This document shows positions 11,520-21,911 of a stretch of DNA of 64,000 nt, one piece after another. The stretch lies in the NCBI GenBank assembly GCA_038204955.1, contig JBBRCJ010000008.1:2187-66186 (forward strand), given 5' to 3'. The notes under the pieces were generated by a model, which saw only the letters and a list, made by a program, of their open reading frames with translations, ran no database searches and had not been told where the DNA came from. The position numbers and the translations under genes are program-made. The number at the start of each line of letters is the position of its first letter. Position 1 is the first letter of the stretch. This DNA is from Flavobacteriales bacterium. GTDB lineage: Bacteria; Bacteroidota; Bacteroidia; Flavobacteriales; Flavobacteriaceae.

Positions 11520-12242
11520 CTATTTCGGATTATTGTTTTTTACAAAAGGTTTTTTACCCGTCATTTGTTTTTTTACTGGCTGAATTTTTACATTTTTTTG
11601 CGTATTTAAAAAACTTTTATTGGATACTTTTTTATTGGTCTTGTTAAGTTCGTTGGCATTTAATAATTCTTCGGTAGATTGTTTTAAATTCAATTTCCCA
11701 TCGGACAATTCGTAAAGATGCTCAAAAATAACATAATCATCAACGGCATCTTTATTCCAACTTAAATATGATTTTTTCATATGGTTGGCAATTACCAAAA
11801 CCAAGGCATCTTTCATCTCTCCGTCTTCCCACTTGTTGGCAACATCAATCATATTTTTGATATTATTACCATAAAAACGGTACTTTGGAAACTTTTGTGG
11901 ATAAGGCAATCGTTCGGGTTTAAAATTCACTTCTTCACGAGTCGGAATTGGGTAGGGTGAATCGGCTTTTAATTGAAAATTCGACATTATAAACAATTGA
12001 TCCCACAGTTTGTGTTGAAAATCAAGTACATCACGCAGGTGCGGATTTAAAGTTCCCATAACCTGAATAATGTATTTAGCAGCTTTGTTACGCTCTACAT
12101 CATCCACAATTTCAGTGGCTTGGTCAATTAGTTTTTGTAAATGACGTCCGTACTCCGGAATTATCAAATGCGGTCGCTCGGCGTTGTATTCCAAATTAAA
12201 AACAACATCGTGCGCGTTCTCTTTTATATATTTTGTTACCAT
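11520..12242 (-). CDS. DUF4290 domain protein
   Basis: 240 aa. EYNAERPHLIIPEYGRHLQKLIDQA is characteristic of the Bacteroidota DUF4290 family. It has a Lys-rich tail. Confidence 0.7.
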   Translation of the reverse strand: MVTKYIKENAHDVVFNLEYNAERPHLIIPEYGRHLQKLIDQATEIVDDVERNKAAKYIIQVMGTLNPHLRDVLDFQHKLWDQLFIMSNFQLKADSPYPIPTREEVNFKPERLPYPQKFPKYRFYGNNIKNMIDVANKWEDGEMKDALVLVIANHMKKSYLSWNKDAVDDYVIFEHLYELSDGKLNLKQSTEELLNANELNKTNKKVSNKSFLNTQKNVKIQPVKKQMTGKKPFVKNNNPK

Positions 12243-12244
12243 AA

Positions 12245-12529
12245 TTAAAACGAAATTATTCCTTCGATTGAAGCAACTTGTAAATATTTTTCAATCACTG
12301 TATCTGGGTTTTGCATGGTTACATTAACCGAAACACTTGTGAATTTTGCAGTTTTTGATTGTTTAGTTACAATCACTGCTCCCATATTGTTAAACGTATT
12401 TTCAACAAAATTTATCTTTTCCACATCTGTCGGAACTATAAATTTGTATAAGTATTCAGAGGGCCAAGAAGAAGTATTGCTCAAATTTTCTTTTAGCCGA
12501 ATGTAAAATTCTTCGGTCTTTTTATCCAT
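12245..12529 (-). CDS. DUF493 (YbeD-like) family protein
   Basis: 94 aa with the YKFIVP motif. It lies 2 nt upstream of the DUF4290 gene (operon-like). Confidence 0.6.
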   Translation of the reverse strand: MDKKTEEFYIRLKENLSNTSSWPSEYLYKFIVPTDVEKINFVENTFNNMGAVIVTKQSKTAKFTSVSVNVTMQNPDTVIEKYLQVASIEGIISF

Positions 12530-12655
12530 TTTTAATTTAAAGTAAAAAGCAAATATACAATTTACAATTTAGATATCAGAATTTAGGTTTATACTTTTTT
12601 GCATTTATACCGATGAATTTCAGTAGCAGTAACTTTTAGTTTTTTAATCCACACT

Positions 12656-12718
12656 GTTCCCGCTGTCCACTATATCCTCGCTTGAAAAAAGCGAGGGATG
12701 CCGTTTCCATCGGGGCTG
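12656..12718 (+). ncRNA. 63-nt conserved structured motif, copy A (second copy at 59882..59944 on the opposite strand)
   Basis: GTTCCCGCTGTCCACTATATCCTCGCTTGAAAAAAGCGAGGGATGCCGTTTCCATCGGGGCTG. It has a 7-bp hairpin CCTCGCT/AGCGAGG. Copy B has CTGCGCC/GGCGCAG at the same place, which is three compensatory pair changes. Confidence 0.45.
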
Positions 12719-12827
12719 TTTATGAGCTTTGTTTTTTACTATTGACATTCAAAAATGCAAAATAAACCCAACTAAAATAGCAAAACTTAATTACTTTCAA
12801 TAAATTCGCAACTTATAAAATGAAAAA

Positions 12828-13367
12828 TTGAAAAAAGAAATCATAGTAATTATTGGCGGTCCAGGCACCGGAAAATCAACAGTAATTGATGCCTTGATTG
12901 AAAAAGGATATTGTTGTTACCCCGAAATTTCACGCGAAGTAACTTTAGAAGCAAAAAAACAAGGCATTGACCAATTATTTCTTGAAAAGCCATTACTTTT
13001 TAGCGAAATGCTGTTAAAAGGACGTATTAAACAGTTCGAAAACGCTTTAAACGAACCCCACAAAATTGTATTTATCGACCGTGGCATTCCCGATGTAGTT
13101 GCCTATATGGATTTTATTGGCGACCAATATCCCGAATTATTTGATAAAGCCTGTAAAGAAAATAAATACTCAAAAACATTTATATTACCTCCTTGGCAAG
13201 AAATTTATGTGAGCGATGCCGAGCGGTACGAAAATTTCGAGCAAGCCCAATTAATATACAATTATCTGGTTTTAACCTACAAAAAATATGGGTATAACCT
13301 TATTGAAGTTGAAAAAGACACTGTTGAAAATCGGGTTGATTTCATTTTGAAATCGTTACAACAATAA
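12828..13367 (+). CDS. AAA/P-loop ATPase (AAA_28-like, NadR-kinase-like)
   Basis: 179 aa with Walker A GGPGTGKST. TTG start as given by the ORF track. Confidence 0.7.
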   Translation: MKKEIIVIIGGPGTGKSTVIDALIEKGYCCYPEISREVTLEAKKQGIDQLFLEKPLLFSEMLLKGRIKQFENALNEPHKIVFIDRGIPDVVAYMDFIGDQYPELFDKACKENKYSKTFILPPWQEIYVSDAERYENFEQAQLIYNYLVLTYKKYGYNLIEVEKDTVENRVDFILKSLQQ

Positions 13368-13430
13368 ATGTCAATTAAAAAAGAATTTATTTATATCTTC
13401 AAAACGTCTAACAAATAACAAATAACATTT

Positions 13431-15320
13431 TTGACTCCGTTAGAAATTTTAAAAAAATATTGGAAACACGAAACCTTTCGAGAACCTCAAGAAGAAATAA
13501 TTGAATCGGTTTTAAAAGGCAACGATACCTTTGCTTTAATGCCAACGGGCGGCGGAAAATCTATTTGTTTTCAAATTCCGGCTTTAATTAATGATGGAAT
13601 TTGTTTGGTAATTTCGCCCCTCATAGCCTTGATGAGGGATCAAGTACAGCAATTGCAAAAAATAGATATTAAAGCCATTGCATTAACTGGCGGCATTTCA
13701 ATTGAAGAAACCTCAAATTTATTAGACAACTGCGAATTTGGGAATTACAAGTTTTTATACATTTCGCCCGAAAGGTTGCAAAACGAATGGATTTTAGAGC
13801 GCATTAAAAACCTAAAAATTAATTTAATTGCCATTGACGAAGCACATTGTGTATCGCAATGGGGACACGATTTTCGTCCAGCCTATTTAAAAATTGCAAT
13901 TTTAAAAGTACATTTCACCAAAATCCCTTTTATTGCTTTAACAGCATCGGCAACGCAACGAGTTCAAAATGATTTAATTGAGCACTTAAAATTAAAAAAT
14001 TGTGCCATTTTCACCAAATCGTTCGAGCGTAAAAACTTGAGTTATATGGTTTACGAAATGGAAGATAAAATGCAATTAATAACTCAAATTCTAAAAAAAA
14101 ATCCACTACCTTCAATTATATACGTACGAAATCGAAAATCGTGTAGCGACACCGTAAAGCAATTGCAATCATTAGGCTTTACGGCTACTTTTTATCATGG
14201 TGGACTTTCAACCAAAGATAAAAACAACCAAATGCAACTTTGGATGGACGAAAAAGTGCAAGTAATGGTAGCTACTAATGCCTTTGGAATGGGAATTGAC
14301 AAAGCCAATGTAAAAACAGTTATTCACATTCAACTACCCGAAAATTTAGAAAATTATTACCAAGAAGCAGGTCGAGCGGGTCGAAATGGAGAAAAAGCAT
14401 TTGCACTTTTATTAACTAATGCAACCGATATACTTCATTCTGAAAACATTTTTTCGGCAAATTTAGTAGATAAATCATTTTTGAATTTGGTATTTTTAAA
14501 ACTCTGTAATTATTTTCAAATCCCGTATGGCGAAGGTTTAGATGAGCAATTTAGTTTCAATATTAATCAGTTTTCAACCAAATATAATTTACCAATTTTA
14601 AAAGTTTATAATGCCCTACAATTTTTGGACCGTCAAGGAATTTTAACTTTATCGCAAGAATTTTCAGAAAAAATAATCTTACAATTCATTATTCCATCTA
14701 AAGAAGTTTTAAGATACATTAGTTTAAATCCGAAAAAGGACGAAATTATAACAACAATTTTACGAACCTATTCTGGAATATACGAAATGTTACTTCCAGT
14801 AAATGTAGGTTTGGTTGCCCAAAAAAGTAACGTAAGTGAAAATGAAGTTTTAACTGTTTTGCACCAACTTTATGAAAAACAAATTATTGATTTAAAAGCA
14901 AAAAATAATGATACTTCAATCACTTTTAATGAGATTCGTGAAGATGAACGCACTATAAATCGAATTTCAAAACATTTATTAGCTCAAAATGAATTAAAAA
15001 AAGTGCAATTTGAAGCTGTTCTTCACTACATAAAAGAAGAAAAATGTAAAAATAAAGTACTACTTTCGTATTTTGGCGAAGTAACGAAAAAAGATTGCGG
15101 AATTTGTTCATATTGCATTTCCAAAAAGAAAAAACCAAAATCAGACACTTTATTATCCAATAAAATTATAAAATTGCTACAAATTGAACCTTTAAACTCA
15201 CGTGCTTTACAAATGATGACTAAATGTTCAAAAGATGATTTACTGATTACTTTAAAAGAACTTTTAGAAGAAAATACCGTTTTAATAAATCCAAACAATA
15301 CTTATTCAATTATAAAATAA
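13431..15320 (+). CDS. recQ: RecQ-family ATP-dependent DNA helicase
   Basis: 629 aa with PTGGGKS (motif I), DEAHCVSQWGHDFRP (DEAH plus the RecQ signature) and a Zn-binding CxxC region near the C-terminus. TTG start. Confidence 0.88.
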   Translation: MTPLEILKKYWKHETFREPQEEIIESVLKGNDTFALMPTGGGKSICFQIPALINDGICLVISPLIALMRDQVQQLQKIDIKAIALTGGISIEETSNLLDNCEFGNYKFLYISPERLQNEWILERIKNLKINLIAIDEAHCVSQWGHDFRPAYLKIAILKVHFTKIPFIALTASATQRVQNDLIEHLKLKNCAIFTKSFERKNLSYMVYEMEDKMQLITQILKKNPLPSIIYVRNRKSCSDTVKQLQSLGFTATFYHGGLSTKDKNNQMQLWMDEKVQVMVATNAFGMGIDKANVKTVIHIQLPENLENYYQEAGRAGRNGEKAFALLLTNATDILHSENIFSANLVDKSFLNLVFLKLCNYFQIPYGEGLDEQFSFNINQFSTKYNLPILKVYNALQFLDRQGILTLSQEFSEKIILQFIIPSKEVLRYISLNPKKDEIITTILRTYSGIYEMLLPVNVGLVAQKSNVSENEVLTVLHQLYEKQIIDLKAKNNDTSITFNEIREDERTINRISKHLLAQNELKKVQFEAVLHYIKEEKCKNKVLLSYFGEVTKKDCGICSYCISKKKKPKSDTLLSNKIIKLLQIEPLNSRALQMMTKCSKDDLLITLKELLEENTVLINPNNTYSIIK

Positions 15321-16267
15321 TGAACAATTTACGAATCGTTTTTATGGGAACACCCGATTTTGCAGTTGGTATTTTGAATACAATTATCAAATCAAACTAT
15401 GAGGTTGTTGGTGTAATTACAGCAGCTGATAAACCAGCTGGTCGAGGACAAAAAGTAAAATATTCAGCAGTAAAAGAATATGCTCTAGAAAATAACTTAA
15501 CCCTTTTACAACCAACTAATTTAAAAGACGAAGATTTTTTAGGGAGTTTAAAAAAATTAAAAGCCAATTTGCAAGTTGTGGTGGCTTTTAGAATGTTACC
15601 CGAAGTAGTTTGGCGTATGCCCGAATTAGGAACTTTTAACCTTCACGCGTCATTGTTACCCAATTATCGTGGTGCTGCACCTATAAATTGGGCAATTATT
15701 AATGGGGAAACTAAAACAGGAGTAACTACTTTTTTTATTGATGATAAAATTGATACTGGCGCTATGATTCTAAGTAAAGCGATAGAAATTTTAGAAACCG
15801 AAACAGCAGGAGAATTACACGATAAACTAATGAATTTAGGCAGTACAGCCGTAGTTGAAACCTTGCAGTTAATAAAAAACGATTCGGTAGTAACTAAAAT
15901 TCAAGTAGACTCAACCGAAATTAAAACGGCACATAAACTAAACAAAGACAATTGTAAAATCGATTTTTCAAAATCTGGAGTTGAAATTCAAAATTTAATT
16001 AGAGGTTTATCACCTTATCCGTCCGCTTGGTGTTTCATTAAAGACGAAAAACAAGAATACAATGTAAAAATTTATGAAGCAAAATTTCATTTAGAGTACC
16101 ACTCGATACCTTTTGGTAAAATAATAGCGACCAAAAAAGAATTAAAAATTGCAATTACCAACGGTTTTATTGAAATTTTAAGTCTGCAATTTCCTGGGAA
16201 AAAGAAAATGAAAACGTCTGAAGTACTTAACGGAATGACATTTTCTGAACATTCATTGGCCTTTTAA
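15320..16267 (+). CDS. fmt: methionyl-tRNA formyltransferase
   Basis: 315 aa with MGTPDFAV, HASLLPNYRGAAPINWAI and an Fmt C-terminal domain. Confidence 0.93.
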   Translation: MNNLRIVFMGTPDFAVGILNTIIKSNYEVVGVITAADKPAGRGQKVKYSAVKEYALENNLTLLQPTNLKDEDFLGSLKKLKANLQVVVAFRMLPEVVWRMPELGTFNLHASLLPNYRGAAPINWAIINGETKTGVTTFFIDDKIDTGAMILSKAIEILETETAGELHDKLMNLGSTAVVETLQLIKNDSVVTKIQVDSTEIKTAHKLNKDNCKIDFSKSGVEIQNLIRGLSPYPSAWCFIKDEKQEYNVKIYEAKFHLEYHSIPFGKIIATKKELKIAITNGFIEILSLQFPGKKKMKTSEVLNGMTFSEHSLAF

Positions 16268-16409
16268 AGGTTTTTTAGGGTGTATATATGAACAAAACAA
16301 GTTAGTTATTAACAAATCACCCTGTTTTTAGGGTTTTTGCTTGTTTAATTAAGAAATACTTTTAAATTTGTTTCTTTTAAATTGTTTAACCAACATTAAT
16401 AACAAAATT

Positions 16410-16682
16410 ATGAACAAATCAGAATTAATTGATGCTATTGCTGCCGATGCAGGAATCTCAAAAGTTGCTGCTAAATTAGCATTAGAATCATTTTTAGGAA
16501 ACGTAGGCGGAACTTTGAAAAAAGGTGGAAGAGTATCTTTAGTAGGTTTCGGATCATGGTCAGTTTCTAAAAGAGAAGCAAGAGATGGAAGAAACCCTCA
16601 AACTGGAGCAACAATTAAAATTGCTGCTAAAAATGTAGTGAAATTTAAAGCAGGTGCAGACTTAGAAGGTTCTGTAAACTAA
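16410..16682 (+). CDS. hup: HU-family DNA-binding protein
   Basis: ORF 16368..16682. The conserved start is MNKSELIDAIA, with the ...GFGSWSVSKREARDGRNPQTG arm. Confidence 0.92.
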   Translation: MNKSELIDAIAADAGISKVAAKLALESFLGNVGGTLKKGGRVSLVGFGSWSVSKREARDGRNPQTGATIKIAAKNVVKFKAGADLEGSVN

Positions 16683-16702
16683 CACTTGTTTTTTATTAAT
16701 AT

Positions 16703-16735
16703 AAAACCATTTGCAGCTGCAAATGGTTTTTTTTT
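16703..16735 (+). terminator. rho-independent terminator after the HU gene
   Basis: Perfect palindrome AAAACCATTTGCAG/CTGCAAATGGTTTT followed by a T-run. Confidence 0.8.
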
Positions 16736-16789
16736 GATATTTATTGGAATGTTAAAAAAAAATTGTAATTTTATTAAAAATAAAGTTTT

Positions 16790-17350
16790 ATGATAACCGA
16801 CAAACTTAAAAAAGGAATGTTATTATTAGCTGAACCGTCGACTCTAACCGATATTTCGTTTAACAGAGCAGTAATTTTACTAGCCGACTATAATGATGAA
16901 GGTTCAGTAGGATTTATATTAAATAAGCCTTTAAAACATTCATTAAACGATTTAATACCAGAGATTAACTCTAATTTTGTAATTTACAATGGCGGCCCCG
17001 TTGAGCAAGATAATTTGTATTTTATTCATACCGTACCAGAATTAATTACAGGCAGTATCGAAATATCAAATGGCATTTATTGGGGCGGAAATTTTGAATT
17101 GACCAAAACACTAATCAACGAGGGTAAAATAGACAAAAACTGCGTCCGTTTCTTTTTAGGATACACGGGTTGGAGTTTCAATCAATTAGAAAAAGAACTC
17201 AAAATTAAAACTTGGATAATAACAAACAATGATTTGAAAACCGAAATTCTAAAAAAATCATCTTCACAGTTTTGGAAAGAAAAAATTGAAGAACTTGGTG
17301 GCGAATATATTATTTGGAGTAATGCTCCAGAAAATCCCATTTTAAATTAA
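16790..17350 (+). CDS. YqgE/AlgH family (UPF0301) protein
   Basis: 186 aa with LLLAEPS...F.RAVILL, GFILNKP and GGPV motifs. Confidence 0.85.
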   Translation: MITDKLKKGMLLLAEPSTLTDISFNRAVILLADYNDEGSVGFILNKPLKHSLNDLIPEINSNFVIYNGGPVEQDNLYFIHTVPELITGSIEISNGIYWGGNFELTKTLINEGKIDKNCVRFFLGYTGWSFNQLEKELKIKTWIITNNDLKTEILKKSSSQFWKEKIEELGGEYIIWSNAPENPILN

Positions 17351-18172
17351 TTCATTTAATTTCAATAACAATTCATTTGATACCTTTGAATTAAATTCTT
17401 TTTTACGATATTTAGTAATTGGTTGAATTCCAGTGATAATGTTTGTAATAAATAGTTCATCGGCTTTTTGCAAATCAAATGGAGATATTGATTCTTCTAA
17501 AACTTCTAAGTTTTCTATCTTTTTGGATAAATTTAAAATTTGCTTACGCATAATTCCATTCAAGCATCCGTCGGCTATTGGCGGAGTAATTAATTTATTG
17601 CTCACCACCATAAATAAATTTCCGTTCAAAACCTCAACTACATTTTTTTCATTATTTAACAAAATACAATTCTGAAAACCATTCTCATCTGCAAAAATAC
17701 TTCCAGTAATATTAATCATTTTGTTAGTAGTTTTGATTGTTGACAATAACTGTTTTGAAATAAAAAAATCTTTAAATAAATCAATTTCGTAATCCAAACT
17801 TGATATTTGATACTTTTTATTTTCAAGTTTCGAAGCTTGAATTAAATAGGAAACTTCACGTGTTTTTGGTAAATAAAATCCGCCATCATTTCTAAAAACG
17901 GAAAACCTAACTCGAGCCGAATTTTCAAAACCATTTTGTTTTACTAAAGTTAAAACTTCGTCCTCTAAAAATTCTAGTGTAAAATTTGCAGGAATTTGCA
18001 TTCTCACAATTCGCATCGAAGCCATTAGGCGAAAATAATGGTCTTCTAAAAATAAAATTTTATTGTTTACAATTTTTAAGGTTTCAAAAACGCCATCACC
18101 ATATAAAAAGGCACGATTTGAATTTGAAAGTGTAGTTTCCGAAGTAATTATTTGTCCGTTGTAGTTTATCAT
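17342..18172 (-). CDS. class IV aminotransferase-fold protein (possible aminodeoxychorismate lyase)
   Basis: ORF 17342..18202. I prefer the MINYNGQ ATG at 18172 because the upstream gene's terminator hairpin ends right at it. Contains FLYGDGVFET and a conserved fold IV pattern. Confidence 0.75.
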   Translation of the reverse strand: MINYNGQIITSETTLSNSNRAFLYGDGVFETLKIVNNKILFLEDHYFRLMASMRIVRMQIPANFTLEFLEDEVLTLVKQNGFENSARVRFSVFRNDGGFYLPKTREVSYLIQASKLENKKYQISSLDYEIDLFKDFFISKQLLSTIKTTNKMINITGSIFADENGFQNCILLNNEKNVVEVLNGNLFMVVSNKLITPPIADGCLNGIMRKQILNLSKKIENLEVLEESISPFDLQKADELFITNIITGIQPITKYRKKEFNSKVSNELLLKLNELI

Positions 18173-18200
18173 AAAAAAAGCCACGCTTTTTGGGCGTGAC
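18173..18200 (-). terminator. rho-independent terminator after the START-like gene
   Basis: The minus strand reads GTCACGC-CCAAAAA-GCGTGGC followed by TTTTTTT, ending immediately before the ATG at 18172. Confidence 0.65.
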
Positions 18201-18229
18201 AAAGATAGTTTTAAAAAATTATTTTTTCA

Positions 18230-18622
18230 TTAAACCGAGCCAATGATATGTTTTAAATCTGAAATTTGATTCGCCCAAAGCTGTTTCATTTCATCAATTT
18301 CATCTTCTTCGGCAAAGTCAATCACGTTAATAGAAACATCTTTAGTAATTTCATCTTCTAAAATTTGAATCTCAAAAAAGTAGTCCGTATCTTTTTTATT
18401 GTCGTCAACCCATTTAAATTTTACTCGTTCATCATTTTTTTTCAATGATAAACGTGCGTTTTCCTCACTTCCATTCCATCCAAAAGTAAAAAATTCATCT
18501 CTTGCATTCACGCTGTCGGCAAACCATTCCTGCAACCCTGAAGGTGTTGAAATGTATTGGTAGAGCAATGAAGGCGATGAATTAATTTGAAATTCTATTT
18601 CGTAACGTACTTTTAAAGACAT
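18230..18622 (-). CDS. START-like/SRPBCC domain protein
   Basis: 130 aa with an LYQYISTPSGLQEWFAD motif, typical of Bacteroidota START-like proteins. Confidence 0.65.
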   Translation of the reverse strand: MSLKVRYEIEFQINSSPSLLYQYISTPSGLQEWFADSVNARDEFFTFGWNGSEENARLSLKKNDERVKFKWVDDNKKDTDYFFEIQILEDEITKDVSINVIDFAEEDEIDEMKQLWANQISDLKHIIGSV

Positions 18623-18765
18623 TGTTTAAATTTTTTTGAAATATATATCATTTATTTTGAATTTTAACTAAAAAAATAAAAAAATATTTTTTCAATTTTA
18701 AATTTGCTTAGTATTGAATTAGTATTATATTTGCACCCGCATTGATAAATGCTCAACTTTAGAAT

Positions 18766-18839
18766 GGCGAGGTAGCTCAGTCGGTTAGAGCGTTGGATTC
18801 ATAACCCAAAGGTCACGAGTTCAAATCTCGTTCTCGCTA
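18766..18839 (+). tRNA. tRNA-Met (anticodon CAT); a lysidine-modified tRNA-Ile2 cannot be excluded
   Basis: Manual cloverleaf fold. The acceptor is GGCGAGG/TCTCGCT and the D arm is GCTC-AGTCGGTTA-GAGC. The anticodon loop is TTCATAA and the T arm is ACGAG-TTCAAAT-CTCGT. The discriminator is A and no CCA is encoded. Confidence 0.85.
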
Positions 18840-18840
18840 C

Positions 18841-18870
18841 AAAAAACTGTCAGTAATGACAGTTTTTTTA
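18841..18870 (+). terminator. terminator hairpin after the tRNA
   Basis: AAAAAACTGTCA-GTAA-TGACAGTTTTTT. Confidence 0.75.
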
Positions 18871-18881
18871 TTTTAAAAAAG

Positions 18882-19137
18882 ATGGAGTTTCTAGTTTACA
18901 TTTTATATACCTTATAATTTGATAAAACCTGTGTGGTTTTACAATCAGTTTATTTTAAATCTTTTACATTCCCAATTTTTACGGTAGAAAAGGTTTTACA
19001 ATAAAATTTAGACCTTTGGAAGTTGTTTATATTAAAATTTTTGAAAAAAAAGAAGCATTAATCAAAGAAAAGTGGTTTAAAACTGGTATCGGAATTGATA
19101 AAATTAAAAAAATACTAAAAAATAAAATTTACCTTTA
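18882..19137 (+). pseudogene. degraded GIY-YIG nuclease-family gene
   Basis: MEFLVYILYTL then a stop. A shifted frame gives CGFTISLF*IFYIPNFYGRKGFTIKFRPLEVVYIKIFEKKEALIKEKWFKTGIGIDKIKKILKNKIYL. This matches the GIY-YIG pattern (VYILYS, Y.G.T, HN, KGFT, KW.KSG.GR) but needs at least one frameshift and has two in-frame TAA codons. Confidence 0.7.
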
Positions 19138-19428
19138 GCCAGTATTCATACATGTTGTGGCGGACGAAAGTTCAGTTCGCACGGCGAAATTGCTATAAAA
19201 AAACAGCCAGAAATAGCAGTTTTTATTAAATTTTATCTTCATAAAAATTTAACAAAACCAAAGTTGGTTTTATAGCAATCTACAACTATAACTATTCACC
19301 ATTTTTTTTTTACTTTTGTAAAATAACCTATTTGTAAGCCAACAAAGAAAATTTTAAATTAAACTTTCTTTGATTATAGGTTTTTATACTTTAAATTATA
19401 ATTAACCATTTTTATCACTATTTATCCG

Positions 19429-20556
19429 ATGTCAAAACACAATATCCAAACGCTTGCTGTACACGCTGGTTCACCACACGGAAAAAATAGCGACGTAATA
19501 CAACCTATTCATTTGTCTACCACTTTTGAACGAAATACAGATGGTTCTACAGGTGAATATGTGTACACTCGAACTGAAAATCCAAACCGCTTGGCTGTAG
19601 AAAATAAAATGGCCGCCATTGAAGGGTCTAAAACTGCTATTGCATTCTCATCGGGAATGGCGGCTATAAATGCCTTATTCGAAACTATTTTAGAACCTAA
19701 TTGTCACGTAATAATCCCCGATGATTGCTATCACGGGACACGACAGTTACTTGATAAATTTTTTAAACGCTGGAAAGTTCGTTATGATTTGGTTGATATG
19801 ATTGCAATTAAAAACATTGAAAAGCACCTTCATCAAGATACTAGATTGATTTGGATCGAAACACCATCCAACCCACAATTAAAAATTACAGATATTGCCG
19901 CTGTAGTCACTTTGGCTAAAAATAAAAAAATCACTACCGTTTGCGATAATACTTTTGCTACCTCAATTTTACAAAAAACGCTAGAAATGCAAGTTGATTA
20001 TGTAATGTATTCTTCAACTAAATTTTTCAGCGGTCATTCAGATTTGTTGGGTGGCGTAATAATGACAAACCTTGATAATGAAGTTAGCCAAAACATTAGA
20101 GCGTATCAAAAAATAGCTGGCGCTGTACCGTCGCCTTTTGATTGCTGGTTGTTGAACCGAAGTTTAGCTACTTTTCCGTTGCGATTTAATTTGCAGTGCC
20201 AAAATGCTGCTGCAATCGCCACTTATCTTACTTCGCATCCCAAAATTGAAAAAGTTTTTTATCCTGGTTTAACTTCACATCACAATCATGAAATAGCAAA
20301 ACAGCAAATGAAAAACGGTTTCGGTAGTATTATTTCTGTTTTAGTAAAAGGTGGAATACATGAAACAATGAAATTTGCAAGTCAACTAAAAATTTTTAAA
20401 CACGCCACTAGCTTAGGCGGAGTAGAAAGTCTTGTTGAGCATCGAAGAAGTGTTGAAGGAGATCAACCAATGAGCCCTGAAAACTTACTGCGAATTGCCG
20501 TAGGTATTGAATTTATTGACGATTTAATTGCAGATATTAATCAAGCGTTTGATTAA
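19429..20556 (+). CDS. PLP-dependent trans-sulfuration enzyme (cystathionine gamma-synthase/beta-lyase family)
   Basis: 375 aa with the Cys/Met-metabolism PLP family pattern ([19 protein letters not shown] with the PLP lysine). Confidence 0.85.
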   Translation: MSKHNIQTLAVHAGSPHGKNSDVIQPIHLSTTFERNTDGSTGEYVYTRTENPNRLAVENKMAAIEGSKTAIAFSSGMAAINALFETILEPNCHVIIPDDCYHGTRQLLDKFFKRWKVRYDLVDMIAIKNIEKHLHQDTRLIWIETPSNPQLKITDIAAVVTLAKNKKITTVCDNTFATSILQKTLEMQVDYVMYSSTKFFSGHSDLLGGVIMTNLDNEVSQNIRAYQKIAGAVPSPFDCWLLNRSLATFPLRFNLQCQNAAAIATYLTSHPKIEKVFYPGLTSHHNHEIAKQQMKNGFGSIISVLVKGGIHETMKFASQLKIFKHATSLGGVESLVEHRRSVEGDQPMSPENLLRIAVGIEFIDDLIADINQAFD

Positions 20557-21911
20557 GAATTATTTAACTTGCTTATCAAATCATCTTGATTCAATTGTAA
20601 TTGTTCACCTGTAATTAAGTTTTTTAAAGTAAAAATCTCTTCGTTAATTTCTTTCACTACAAATGGAATTGAACGTTTTTCGGCATGTTTGAACTGTTTG
20701 TCAATTTTTACAGCATCCGGATATAGTTCTGATTTTATATTTAACTTTCGTAATTTTTGAATGGCTTGCATCGCAGCAAATGCCTGATTATCATTTTTAT
20801 TTAAAAACAGTACTTTAGAGGAAGAGGAAACAGCTTCTGGAAACAAATTCAATTCTTCCAAAACCAAATAAATTCTATCCAATCCAAATGAAATTCCAAC
20901 GCCACTCATGTTTTTTAAACCAAAAATTCCAGTTAAATCATCATAACGACCGCCACCGCCAATGCTTCCCATTGAAACAGTTTTAGGTGCTGCTACTTCA
21001 AAAATGGCTCCAGTGTAATAATTCAATCCTCTTGCCAAAGTAACATCTAAATCTAAAACTGCGTTTTGTAAGCCTAATTTTGTAACGTTTTCACAAATAA
21101 ACTTAAGTTCGTCAATTCCTTTTTTTCCTTCATCAGATGAAGATAATAAAACCAATAATTTTTCTAATTTTTCGTCAATATTTCCTGTAAAGTTAAATAG
21201 CGATTGTACTTTTTGCAAAGCAATTTCAGAAATTCCTTTTTCAATCATTTCTTTTTTTACGCCATCTTCTCCTATTTTATCCAATTTATCTAAAGCAACT
21301 GTAAAGTCAATTAATTTGTCAGATGCGCCAATAACCTCAGCAATTCCTGATAAAATTTTACGATTATTTATTTTAATAATAACGCCTTGTAATCCTAATG
21401 ATGAAAAAACGGAATCGTACAACTGTACCAATTCGACCTCTTGCCAAAGTGAAGTAGACCCAACAACATCGGCATCGCATTGGTAAAACTCTCTAAAACG
21501 CCCTTTTTGCGGTCGGTCGGCACGCCAAACGGGTTGAATTTGGTAGCGTTTGAACGGAAATTCAATTTCACTTTGGTGTTGTACAACGTATCTTGCGAAA
21601 GGAACTGTTAGGTCGTAACGCAAGGCTTTTTCGGAAATTTTTGGGGTCAGAAGTTTCGAGTTTGCCGTTTGAAGTTCTTCATTAGAAATTTTATCCAAAT
21701 AATCACCCGAATTCAATATTTTAAAAATCAATCGATCACCTTCTTCACCATATTTTCCCATCAACGTTTCCGAATTTTCAAAAGTTGGTGTTTCAATAGG
21801 TTGAAATCCAAAATTTTCAAAATGGTTTTTTATTTTTGAGATAATATAGTTTCGTTTGGCAACCTCGGCTGGCGAAAAATCACGGGTTCCTTTAGGTATT
21901 GAAGGTTTCAT
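20553..21911 (-). CDS. hisS: histidine--tRNA ligase
   Basis: 452 aa with class II motifs ([34 protein letters not shown]) and a C-terminal anticodon-binding domain. Confidence 0.93.
   Translation of the reverse strand: MKPSIPKGTRDFSPAEVAKRNYIISKIKNHFENFGFQPIETPTFENSETLMGKYGEEGDRLIFKILNSGDYLDKISNEELQTANSKLLTPKISEKALRYDLTVPFARYVVQHQSEIEFPFKRYQIQPVWRADRPQKGRFREFYQCDADVVGSTSLWQEVELVQLYDSVFSSLGLQGVIIKINNRKILSGIAEVIGASDKLIDFTVALDKLDKIGEDGVKKEMIEKGISEIALQKVQSLFNFTGNIDEKLEKLLVLLSSSDEGKKGIDELKFICENVTKLGLQNAVLDLDVTLARGLNYYTGAIFEVAAPKTVSMGSIGGGGRYDDLTGIFGLKNMSGVGISFGLDRIYLVLEELNLFPEAVSSSSKVLFLNKNDNQAFAAMQAIQKLRKLNIKSELYPDAVKIDKQFKHAEKRSIPFVVKEINEEIFTLKNLITGEQLQLNQDDLISKLNNS

Noticed and set aside
19138-19428. 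SAM riboswitch upstream of the trans-sulfuration gene. An FMN riboswitch upstream of ribD (24727-24765) was also considered.
   Set aside because: I found no SAM-I core (..GAGGGA..GGCCC..GCAACC..) or FMN element by eye, and the ribD spacer is only ~40 nt. A cmscan run would be the decisive test.
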